Assembly (NCBI RefSeq): GCF_963921235.1 | Contig: NC_086097.1 | Location: 201,564,001-201,628,000, forward strand | Direction: 5' to 3' | Length of the DNA stretch: 64,000 nt | DNA from: Mobula hypostoma | Lineage: Eukaryota | Part shown: positions 1 to 10,419 of the stretch, piece by piece | Numbering within the stretch: position 1 is the first letter of the stretch | Layout of the letters: the number at the start of each line of letters is the position of its first letter | Translations under genes and position numbers: made by a program | The notes under the pieces: generated by a model | Database searches by the model: none | The model's input: only the letters and a program-made list of their open reading frames with translations | Told to the model about the DNA's origin: nothing

Positions 1-200
1 AACCTATCAATCACCCCTGCTGTGGACCACTTCCTGGAGGTCCAAGATGCCGACTTCTACAAAGAAGGGATCCGTATGCTCCATGACCGCTGGACTAAGT
101 GTGTAAATGTAGGAGGGGACTATGTTGAAAAATAAATGTGCTGAGTTGTCTAAAATTAATTCCTTCGACCTTAGGCCACGAACTTATCAATCACCTCTCG
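1..200 (+). mobile_element. mariner transposon 3' end (transposase C-terminus and right TIR)
   Basis: 19-135 translates AVDHFLEVQDADFYKEGIRMLHDRWTKCVNVGGDYVEK*, the typical mariner C-terminus; ends ...TCACCTCTCG followed by TA (201-202). Confidence 0.85.
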
Positions 201-211
201 TATAAACTGCA

Positions 212-521
212 TTACTTGAAGGCATCCGTTAGTCTTGTGCGACCATGGATCTGCACCTGGAAAGTCTTCACTCTCCAGGTGCAGGCCTGGGCAAGGTTGT
301 ATGGAAGACCGGCAGTTGCCCATGTTGCAAGTCTCCCCTCTCCACAACACCGATGTTGTCCAAGAGAAGGGCAAGAACCGATACAGCTTGACAGCAGTGT
401 CGTCGCAGAGCACTGTGTGGTTAAGTGCCTTGCTCAAGGACACAATACGCTGCCTCGGCTGGGGCTCGAACTCATGACCTTCAGGTCACTAGTCAAGTGC
501 CTTAACCACTTGGCCACATGT
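212..521 (-). mobile_element. tRNA-derived SINE
   Basis: Minus strand has A-box-like TGGCCAAGTGGTTAAGG, B-box-like GAGTTCGAGCCC and a central GTGTCCTTGAGCAAGGCACTTAACC domain. Confidence 0.75.
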
Positions 522-794
522 CCACTCTGCATTACATAAAGCAATATATAATCCACAGTCCAATAATCACATAAATCTTAGAATTTTGAAAACATCATCC
601 TGTCAGAATCAAATTCAGTCCTTCCATGAAGAGCATTTGCTACGCCGCCGACCTGTGACCTTCCAAACACTACACCACATCTAGTAACCTTCTGAATGCT
701 GCCAACCCGACTACCAACGCATCTACCTGTGGCCTCTGTAAAGATTGACCATCCGGCCACCAACCCATGTGTAGAAACATTGCTCATAGTTTTA

Positions 795-1510
795 AGAATA
801 AGAGGGTTGTATTAGTGGGAGTTATTAATTTCCCTAATATTGATTGGGCCACTCAAAAGAGTTAAGGATCTGGATAGAGTGAAATTTGCAAAACGTATTC
901 AGAAAGGTTTCCTGGGCCAATACATAATGGGCTATACTCAGTTGGATACAATATTAGAGCTCTTAAGGAACAAGGCAGGGCAAATAACTGAAGTGGCAGT
1001 TAGGGACAACTTTGGCTTTAGTGACCATAAATAGGATTCAGATTGGCTTTATTTATCACATGTACATCAAAATCCACAGTGAACTACATTGTTTGCATCA
1101 CCGGCCAACTCATTCCAAGATGTGCTGGGCACAGCTGCAAGTGTCACTGCTCTTCTGGTGCCATGTAGCATGCCCATAACTTACTAACCCTAACTTGTAT
1201 GTATTTAGACTGTGGGAGGAAACCAGGGCACATAGAGAAAACCCACTCATTCCACTTGGAGGACTTACAGATGACATCGGATTTGAACTTCCAACTCTGA
1301 TGCCTCACGCTATAGTACACCACTGTAGTCAGCATGGCTTTGTGCATGGAAAGTCATGTTTGATTAATCTTTTAGAGGCTTTTGAAAAGATAATCAAAAG
1401 TTTAGAATAGAATAGGACAGTAGATGTTTATTTGGACTTTAGCAAGGCCTTTGACAAGGTCCCCACAGTGGAATTCAGTGAGACCTAGTTAGGTGGATTC
1501 AAAATTGGCT
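795..1510 (+). mobile_element. decayed CR1 LINE ORF2 fragments, interrupted by a SINE
   Basis: Remnants FPNIDW, SQHGFVHGKSCLINLLE and LDFSKAFDKV, similar to better preserved CR1 copies in the window. Confidence 0.7.
1035..1325 (-). mobile_element. SINE (V-SINE/HE1-like), decayed
   Basis: GACTGTGGGAGGAAACC...GAAAACCCAC block and TAACCCTAAC motif shared with the copy at 32300-32525. Confidence 0.6.
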
Positions 1511-1768
1511 CAGACATAAATTTGGCAAAAGGAGGATGGGACACAAGTAGATGCATTTGGGGTGATATTCAGTCAAATATAGAACAACTAAACAAGTTAG
1601 TCTAGTAGGCAGAGCAGACATGAGCATGATAGGAGTATTTTAATGCAAGAGCCAGAACTTGAAGCATTACTCAGCATGTGGAATTCTGATATTGTTGCAA
1701 TCACTGAGAAAAATGGGCAAGACTGCCAACAGGCACCTATTGTACCAATGTCCAAGAAGACTTCTGTT

Positions 1769-2500
1769 AAGATGGCGACATGCTCGGATTCATCGCCCTC
1801 TACAGCAGCCAACCAAAGGTGTTATTGCCTTTTTTATCGCAAGAGACTGCTGGGCATTAGGAACTTCAGGTACTGTGGATCTACCCCATCAGCAAGTTGC
1901 TGGTTGGCAGAGGAGCTGGACGGGGTGCGGACCGTGTTGCTTCCTGCTTCTGAGAGGCATCAGAGTTGGAGTGATTATCTTAGTTGTTTTCTTGTGATCG
2001 CAAGATCCTGTTGGACATTGGTAATGTGGAATGCTGTAATCCGGTTCACTCATTTATCAGCAGGACCAACAGTGGGGGAGCTGTGTGTCATTAGTTGTAG
2101 TGTGGATTAGGCGTTATGCCATGGTGTCTCCTGTTGTAGCTGCCCAGAAAGGTGAACCAGAGGTGGTGTGGTGCAGTGTCCATGCTGGATTGTGGGCTGG
2201 CCCCTCCCATCATTGCTGATCTCCAGTGATCACTCCGTGGAAGACAAGCTAGGTTGCGTTCATCTGTGGGCTGCTGTGGGCTTCTTACTGCCGACAACAT
2301 CCATGGACTCAGGCACTCGGGCTATACTATATTTGTTTGACTACATGTTTACTATCATCTTATGTGCTATATGTGCCTGGTGGTGTGTACTACTGTTGGT
2401 ACTGGGTTTTGTTCCTTGGTCCTGGAGAAATGTTGTTTCGTTTGGCTATATTCATTGGGAATTCATGTATGGTTGAATGACAGTAAAGCTTGAACTTGAA
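1769..2500 (+). mobile_element. putative non-coding retroposon with LINE-type tail
   Basis: Starts at AAGATGGCG and ends ATGACAGTAAAGCTTGAACTTGAA, resembling the Rex-type tails elsewhere in the window; no recognisable ORF. Confidence 0.4.
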
Positions 2501-2689
2501 GAGCATAGTGCCCTGCCTCAATAACTACCATCTGGTGCTACTTATTGTACGTCAAATAAAATAAAGTGCTCAAGCGGTTGTTTATGGTGAGAATCAACTC
2601 CTGCCTCAGCAGAGACTGGATCTGCCCAATCTGCCCACTGTCACAATAGATCAACAGCAGATGTGATCTCTCTGTCTCTTCATTCTGCC

Positions 2690-4420
2690 TAGACCATCTG
2701 CAGAACAGGAAATAGCATGTCAGCCTGCTGTTCATTGAATATAGCTTGGCATTCATCACAATCATCCCATCCAAACTCATCATCGAGCCTCTGTACTTCC
2801 TTCACATCCTTAACATCCTCAAAGGCAGCCCCCAGTCAGTGAGAATTGGTAACAACATCGTTTCCTCACTAATCATCAACACAGGTGCACCCTGAGGTTG
2901 CATGTTTAGTTCCCCGCTCTGCTATCTGTACACATATGACTGTGTGTACAGTGCCATTTTCAAATTCACCAATGACACTACTGTTGAATGAATCACAGGT
3001 GCCAATGAGACAGCTTATCAGAGTGAGATAGGTTACCTGGTTAAGTGATACCACAAAAGCAACCTCCTGCTCAATGTCAGCAAAACTAAAGAGCTGATTG
3101 TTGATTCCAGGAAGAAGAAGAGGGATGAACATCTGACAGTCTTCAATTGGAGATCAGCTGTGGATTGAGTCAGCAGCTTTAAATTCCTCAGTACTAACAT
3201 ATTGAATGACCTCCAGGCGCATTACACAGATGAAATCATTAGAAAAGCATGCCTGTTTCTTTACTTAGAGGTTAAGGATGTTTAGATTATGAAGACACGC
3301 AGTCCCCTTTTATTGTCATTTAGTAATGCATGCATTAAGAAATGATACATTATTTCCTCTGATGTGATATCGCAAAACACAGGACAAACCAAGACTGAAA
3401 AAACTGACAAAACCACATAATTATACATATAGTTACAAACAGTGTAACAATACCATAACTTGATGAAGAAAGTCCGTGAGCACAGTAAAATTCAAAGTTT
3501 CTCAAATGTCCCACATCTCACGCAGACGGGAGAAGGAAGAAAAACTCTCCCTGCCATGCCGACCACAATCCAACCCTGAGTCATCTGAAAACTTCAAGCT
3601 CTGATCAGCTCTCTGACACCGAGTACTGAGCACCATCTCTGTCCGAATGATTCAACCTCCTTCTCGGTCGCCAAAAGTAGGCAAGGCCAGGGATTTTGAG
3701 GCCTACCCTCCGAAAGATTCCCAACCACACAGTAACGACAGCAACGAACGGGCGTTTCAGAAATTTCTCCAGATGTTCCTCTGTGCTTTTACGTCCATTC
3801 TCCATCAAATCAGAATTGTCCACGGCCCCTATTTAACAGATACGACATCATTTTTCACCGGAGAGCTGCGCATGCGCGGCGCGCTGCCATCTTCTCCTCC
3901 CGCCAATGTTTAACTTGATATTGAACATTAGCAAATTGCTGCAGATGTACTTTTGAAAGTATCCTGATTGTGAGAGTAGTGCAGAAAGTAATGGACTGCA
4001 CATTACATCACGGGCACATCCTCCACACAGAAGGCACTGCCTCAAGAAGGCAAAATCCATCATCAAAGATCCCCACCATCCAGGCCATACCATATTTTCA
4101 CAGCTACCTGTGGACAGGAAGTGCAAAAACCTGAAGTGCCACTCCACCAGGTTAAAAATCAGCTTCTTCCTTTCAACCATTTGATTTTTGAACCCTAATC
4201 ACCAATGTTTAGCAACACTTTGACCATGTTGCACTAAAATGGACTTTGATTTTTTTTTACCTTCTCCTTGTGGTTTTCTTGTAAAAATTTATGTTTTTGT
4301 TTATCTTATGAATGCTGCTTATATGATGCTGTGTGTCTTTGGTGTTGCTGCAAATAAGTTTTTCATTGCACCTGTGCATATATTTACTTGTGCTTATGAC
4401 AATAAACTCAGCTTTGACTT
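2690..4420 (+). mobile_element. Rex1/Babar-type LINE, 5'-truncated and decayed, split by insertion 3285-3905
   Basis: RT remnants VSLLFIEYSLAFITIIPSKL, NTGAP*GCMFSPLL, NVSKTKELIVD; C-terminal KAKSIIKDPHHPG; ATGACAATAAA tail. Confidence 0.8.
3285..3905 (-). mobile_element. non-coding retroposon with GC-rich head and Rex-type tail
   Basis: 7-bp TSD ATGTTTA (3278-3284, 3906-3912); head GGCGGGAGGAGAAGATGGC; tail ATGACAATAAA. Confidence 0.7.
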
Positions 4421-5755
4421 TATTCTCACATTCTGGCTAATATGTAAATACTAAAGTTTCTGATAAGAGAAATCCTTTTCCTCTCAATCTAGAAAACTAT
4501 ATCATTTGATCTTTTGCTGCCTGTTGCCATGCACCCATAGAATTGTTACTAAGCTGAAGAGACCTGCAAATAAGACTAAATCACATTGTCAAGGATTAAA
4601 TTGTGCACAGCTTAATTTTCATATAGTCTTTCCCTGTTGTAGAAAGGGATACATTGTGGAAGTGTTCACATCCTTAACTCTGGAATTAGTCACATCCCAC
4701 AGTAAACTTGTATTGATTTTTAAAAGCAATATCCATATTGCTTTTATTAAAATAAATAAAATGTCTATTCAAACATACGTTTGTTAGTATTTGTAGTATC
4801 CAGTTAAACTGGTTTTTAACAACATTGACCTTTTACTGGAAATTTTGAGGAGCTGAAATTGGATTTGGGCGATAACACAAAACAGGCAATTGCAAATCAG
4901 CAATCCATTTAACCCCATGCTTTTGTTTTGATTCCATCATAGAACATAAGGCAGAGTGTAAGATAGCTGCCATTTCACAATCAGTTGTATTAATATATTT
5001 CCCAAGGTGAATATCAGACATGATGTGATTGGTTTTGTTTGTTCTTCTCTATTTAATGCCCGTGTTTCGTATTCCTTGTGAGCAACTGCTGTTTCCTCAC
5101 CTACCTTAAAGCTTGCAGGATGCAAAATCAAAGAATTAAATTCTCAACCACTGAAGGGTAAATAAATTTAATGAATCTAATTTAAATGCCACCCTTGTAG
5201 ACTATTTATAAGAAATATGATGTTGTTTAAATAATAAGGTGCATGTATTAAAATGGCAGCGATTAAAACACATTCCAGGAATCCACAATTAATAACCTTC
5301 AGTCTTTGAAAGTGAGCTATTTTATTATTAATTGAACATTTGTAATTTTTTTTCTTATTTTTTAATTTGTCTTATTCTGAGCTTGCCCAAATTTATAGTC
5401 TATTCAGGGTAAGAAGCCACGAAAGTTTTGACAACAAAGGTAATGTACTGTTCGGGCAAGATAAGCTCCACTAATGATTCTTGTTATTTCAACATGTATT
5501 TAAAGGTGGAAATTCCTTTCAGTAAGGCAACAGGCTACGATGCAAGAAGTGGTAACATAACAAGCTATCAAGTTCCTTTGCCAATAAATTAGTTTGTTCT
5601 ACTCTATGGATATCTTATTTGTCTTATTCTTTCTTACCTTGTCTAGCACATAATCTCTGCCTCACCCACCATTTTACCATTTGTAGCAGAACCTTGATCC
5701 ACAGATCCCTGTTCTTGAACTTTCTGCTTAAAGACATTAGTTTTACTCTATCCTT

Positions 5756-6149
5756 TCTTTCTTTCTTTTTAAATCTTTTTATTGAGTAAGTATACAAAAA
5801 AGGTAAGCCATATAAACATTAATACAATGTTAAAGTATAATAAAATTCCAAAAGATAACAATACCAAAAAGAAAATACTACAAACAATGTAATTTAAGCA
5901 TAAGAAACCAAGATAACATAATAGTATACTAGATTTTATATATATCAATGGAAAAAAAGAAAAAAAAAACCCCAAAAAAAAACCCACCGTGCAACTAACT
6001 AAAAGCAAAGCAAAGCAATGGGCTAACTTGAAACCAAACAGAGTTAAACTTAAAATCACGTCCTCAATCCCGACCTCCATTAAAACAGTGAAGAGAAAAC
6101 AAGAAGGGTAAATATTACATTAAATGAAAATATCGAATAAAAGGTCCCC
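5756..6149 (-). mobile_element. 5'-truncated L1-clade LINE (ORF2 end, 3' UTR, A-rich tail)
   Basis: Perfect 17-bp TSD AGTTTTACTCTATCCTT (5739-5755, 6150-6166); minus strand reads WGPFIRYFHLM*; AATAAA and (AAAG)n tail. Confidence 0.8.
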
Positions 6150-6299
6150 AGTTTTACTCTATCCTTAATACTTCTTCTAACAAAACTTTTCACTTTTTAC
6201 CCATTACCAGTCTCCTCTGATAATTCCTGAGCATTTTCTCCTTTTGATTTCTGTGTGGATATTTAGAAAACTATGGATTCCAAAGGTCGCGCAAGTTGG

Positions 6300-6685
6300 G
6301 GCTTTTCCCTTTGGAGTGAAGGAGGATGAGAGACAATTTGTATAAGAGGAGTATAGAATGATAAGGAGGCATAGATAGAGTGGGCACCCAGTGCCTTTTT
6401 CCCAGGGGAGCAATAGCTATTACGAGAGGACTTACTTTTAAGGTGATTGGAGGAAAGTGCAGAGTTTTTTTTTACACAGAGTGGTAAGCGCATGGAATGA
6501 CCTGTTAGGGTGGTGATAGAGACAGATACATCTGGAACATTTAAATAACTCTTTGGTAGGCACATGGATGAAAGAAAAATGGAGGGCTAAGTCAGAGATA
6601 AGGGGTTAGATTGATCTTAGAGTAGTTTAAAAGGTCAGCACAACATCATGGGCTGAAGGGCCATGCTCTGCTGTATTTTTCTATG
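6300..6685 (+). mobile_element. CR1 LINE 3' end
   Basis: Decayed FFTQ..W remnant and 3' UTR GGCTGAAGGGCC...TTCTATG. Confidence 0.75.
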
Positions 6686-7935
6686 TAAGTATGGTCCTGC
6701 CATCTACACTGTTAATATGGAAGTTTGTGTTGACATTCCTGCATTAATTGAAATTTGACTGGAGTCTTTTGGTTTACTCATCAGTAAAGATTTTTCCCAC
6801 TTGGCTATATTATCGGCATATGTCGTGAAATTTGTTAACTCAGCAGCAGTACCATGCAATACATGATAATATAGAAAAATAAATAAATCTATCACAGTAA
6901 GTATATATTTGTATATTAAATAGTTATATTAAACATAGTGCAAAAATAGGAAAAAAAAGTGATGTGTTCATGGGTTCAATGTCCATTTAGAAATCGGATG
7001 GCAGAGGAGAAGAAGCTGTTCTTCAATCACTGAGTATGTGCCTTCAGGCTTCTGTATCTCCTTCCTGACAGTAACAATGAGAAGAGGGCATGTCCTGGGT
7101 GATGAGGGTACTTAATAATGGATGCCGCCTTTCTAAGGCACCACTTTTTAAAAGATGTCTTAGATACTACGAAAGCTAATATCCATGATAGAGCTGACTA
7201 ATTTTACAACTTTCAGTAGCATCTTACAATCCCATTTTGTAGATCCCTTCCCCATACCAGACAATAATGCAACCTGTCAGAATACTCTCCACAGTACTTC
7301 TGTAGAAGTTTTTGAGTGTTCTAGGTGACAAATCAAACTCTTCCAACTCCAAGTGAAATATAACCGCTGTCTTTATAGCTGCATCCATATGTTGGGACCT
7401 GGTTAGATCCTCAGAGATATTGACACCCAGGAACTTAAAATTGCTCACTCTCTCCACTTCTGATCCCTCTATGAGGATTGATTTGTGTTCCCTCATCTTA
7501 CCCTTTCTGAAGTCCACCATCAGTCTGTGGTCTTACTGATGTTGAGTGTAAGGTTGTTGCTGCAACCCCACTCAAATAGCTGTTACATCTCTCTCCAGTA
7601 TGCCCTCTCGTCTCCATCTGAGATTCTGCCAACTATGGTTGTATCATCAGCAATTTATACATGGCATTTGAGCTATACCTAGCCACACAGTCATCATATG
7701 GAGAGAGTAGAGCAGTGGGCTAAGCATACATCCCTGAGGTGTGCCATTGTTGATCGTCAGCAAGGAGGAGATGCTATTATCAATCCGCACAGATTGTGTC
7801 TTCTGGTTAGGAAGTCAAGGATCCAATTGCAGAGGGAGGTACAGAGGCTCAGGTTATGCTGCTTTTTGATCAGGACTCCAGGAATGATGGTATTAAACAC
7901 TGAGCTATAGTCAAACAGCATCGTGACATAAGTAA

Positions 7936-8147
7936 CACACATAAAAAATGCTGGTGAACGCAGCAGGCCAAGCAGCATCTATAGGAAGAGGTACAGTCGA
8001 CGTTTCAGGCCAGGACCTGGTCCTGATGAAGGGTCCCGGCCCGAAACGTCGACTGTACCTCTTCCTATAGCTGCTGCCTGGCCCGCTGCGTTCACCAGCA
8101 TTTTTTGTGTGTGTTGCTTGAACTTCCAGCATCTGCAGATTTCCTCA
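7936..8147 (+). mobile_element. Penelope-derived hairpin element
   Basis: 12-bp TSD TGACATAAGTAA (7924-7935, 8148-8159); 82-nt inverted arms 7936-8017 and 8032-8113 with 6 mismatches; similar to the pLTR ends of the Penelope at 36877-38815. Confidence 0.8.
8018..8055 (+). ncRNA. minimal type I hammerhead ribozyme motif
   Basis: Stem I TGGTC/GACTG, core CTGATGA (8023-8029), extra A, stem II GGGT(C)/(G)GCCC, GAAA (8043-8046), palindromic ACGT stem III, GTC cleavage triplet (8048-8050). Confidence 0.7.
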
Positions 8148-8246
8148 TGACATAAGTAATTTAATTGTTCAGGTGATCTAAGGCCAGGTGAAGAGCCATT
8201 GAGATTGAGTCTGCCATAGACCCATTGTGGTGGTAAGCAAATTGCA

Positions 8247-8413
8247 CAAACATAAGAAAATCTGCAGATGCTGGAAATCCAAGTAACTTGCCCAAAATGC
8301 TGGAGGAACTCAGCAGGCCAGGCAGGATTTACGGAAAAGAGTAAACAGTCGACGTTTTGGCCCAAGACCCTTCATCAGGACTCAGAGTTCCGCCAGCACT
8401 TTGTGTGTGTTAA
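8247..8413 (-). mobile_element. Penelope-derived pLTR fragment with degenerate hammerhead
   Basis: Imperfect 13-bp TSD (8234-8246, 8414-8426); minus strand GAGTC-CTGATGA-AGGGTCTTGGGCC-AAAA-CGTC-GACTG (GAAA mutated). Confidence 0.7.
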
Positions 8414-9386
8414 TAGGCATATTGCAGTGGGTCCAGGTCCTTGTTGAGGCAGGTGTTGATTGTAGCCATGACCAACCTTTCAAAGCATTTCATCATCATA
8501 GATGTGAGTGCTACTGAACGATAGTCATTAAAGCAGCTGACACTACTCTTCTTAGTCACTGGTATAATTGTTGCCTTTTTGAAGCAGTTGGGAACTTCTA
8601 ACCATAGCAGTAAGAGGTAGAAAATGTCTCTGAATACACCTGCCAGTTGGTTTGTTCAAGTTTTCACAGCCTTACCAGGTATTCCATTGGGGCCTGCCGC
8701 CTTGTGAGGGTTTCCCTCCTGAAAGACAGCCTGATGTGGGTCTCTGAGATAGAGATCACAGGGTCACCGGGTGCAGCAAGGATCCTCACAGCTGCGGCTA
8801 TATTCTCCCTCTCAAAGCAGGCATAAAAGGCGTTGAACTTGTCTGCTCGTGAAACAGCGCTCCATTCATGATTTTGGTTTCACTTTGCAAGAAGTAATGT
8901 CCTGCGATCCCTGCCAGAGTTGATATGCATCCGATGTAGCCTCCAACCTCGCTAGGAATTGTTTCTTCACTGTTGAAATAGCCCTCTGCACGTCATATTT
9001 CATTTCTCACTGAAAGATCTGCCTTTTCCCTTTCAGCCACAATAATGCACCATCCTTAGTGTTATCTATTCATTGATATTCTATTTTTTTCTATTCTCGG
9101 TAATTAAACTGAATTCTTGTCTTCCTTTAATCTCTCCTTCCGAAGAAGCTCGGCTGCCTTTATTTGTGTCCAGCTTTTTACCTTTCCAGTTCACATGACC
9201 CCTCAAGCCTCATAGTCTAAATTATATCAGTGATGGTTCTCAGAATATGTTCAATATCTCCTGCAAGTCACCTACAACTGTAATGATGAGTTGTTATCTC
9301 TCTCATCTTTGGGCTTCCATTTACCAAAGTGTATAGATAATGAGTGCCTGAAACACCCCTTGTCCTGCACTTTTTGTTGCTATTAA

Positions 9387-10384
9387 CACTGGACAGCAAA
9401 GATTTTGATTCCTGAATACCTTTAGGCGTATCTTATGAATTTTGGGCTACTGATCATGAAAATTGCCATGAAATTTCCCTATCATGCACCATTTTTTAAT
9501 AAACTTATGTTTATTATTTCAATTTATAATTCAAGTCAATTAAAATGTTGCCTATAATGTAAGCTGGAAAGTTTCCTATCCTGTCCAGGCATACTTAGGC
9601 GGCGCGGCTGCTGCATGGCAGGACAGGTGTTAGCAATAATTATTGGGTTCAGGACTGTAAGGATGGAATTTGCTATCACCAGGCGCAAAAATTTCTATGA
9701 AGGATTTTGATATTTGAGACAGATGCTTCCCAGAATAACTGATGCTAAGATTAAGGAAAGCATTTTTGTTGGTCCACAAATCAAACAGGTCATCAATGAC
9801 AGGCAATCTGAAGAATTTCTAGTGGGACCGGAGAAAATCACATGGAAGGCATTCAAGGAAGTTGTTGAAATTTTTCTCGGCATCTACAGAGCACCAAACT
9901 ATATGCAGCTGGTTGAAAGCATGCGTTAAGCATATAAAACCATGAAATGCAATATGTCACTAAAGATTCATTTTCTGCATTCCCATTTAGACTTCTTCCC
10001 TGCAAATCCTGGTGCTGTTAGTGACGAGCATGGTGAAAGGTTTTACCAGGACATTGCGGTCATGGAGAAAAGATACCAGGGCAACTGAAATCCATCAATG
10101 CTAGCGAATTATTGTTGGACACTTAAGCGAGAAGCCTCAGACACCGAGTACAAATGAAAATCATTAACAAAATATTTTTAACTTAGTTGAACTATTGCAA
10201 AGCATCAGCACCGTTATGCAATTAAACGCATTATATTCAATAAAAGTTAATTTGTTGTTTCTCCAAATTCCAATGTAATACAAGTAGTCTGAAATTATAT
10301 TTGTGTTCATCTTCAAAGAGTCTATCATAAACAAAAAAAAATTCTGAGGAAGCAACACTTCTGGAAAAAATTTGTTGTCCAGTG
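9387..10384 (+). mobile_element. Chapaev3 (CMC) DNA transposon, internally deleted
   Basis: TIRs CACTGGACAGCAAA / TTTGTTGTCCAGTG, TAA on both sides; transposase remnant AKIKESIFVGPQIK...SLKIHFLHSHLDFFP...AVSDEHGERFYQDI. Confidence 0.8.
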
Positions 10385-10419
10385 TAATTTCTGTAGCTGT
10401 GCTTAAACTTGTCATTGTA

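Larger units (their letters stand above)
6810..9000 (-). mobile_element. Rex1/Babar-type LINE, decayed, with two nested Penelope-derived insertions
   Basis: ORF 7224-7520 (VERVSNFKFLGVNISEDL...FYRSTVESILTGCIIVWYG) and 7757-7978 ([13 protein letters not shown]...[11 protein letters not shown]). Confidence 0.85.

Noticed and set aside
450..521. tRNA gene on the minus strand
   Set aside because: A/B boxes run into a SINE body and tail; no complete cloverleaf evident
1643..2476. 100-155 aa ORFs as host genes
   Set aside because: They span CR1 remnants and a repeat-like element; no recognisable domain or exon structure
5408..5439. Possible 32-nt micro-exon (cag/GGTAAG...AAAG/gtaatg)
   Set aside because: No similarity to the expected upstream ASXL3 exon (ending QHTKKALKQ); its open reading (VRSHESFDNK) ends in phase 1, incompatible with the phase-0 exon at 27787
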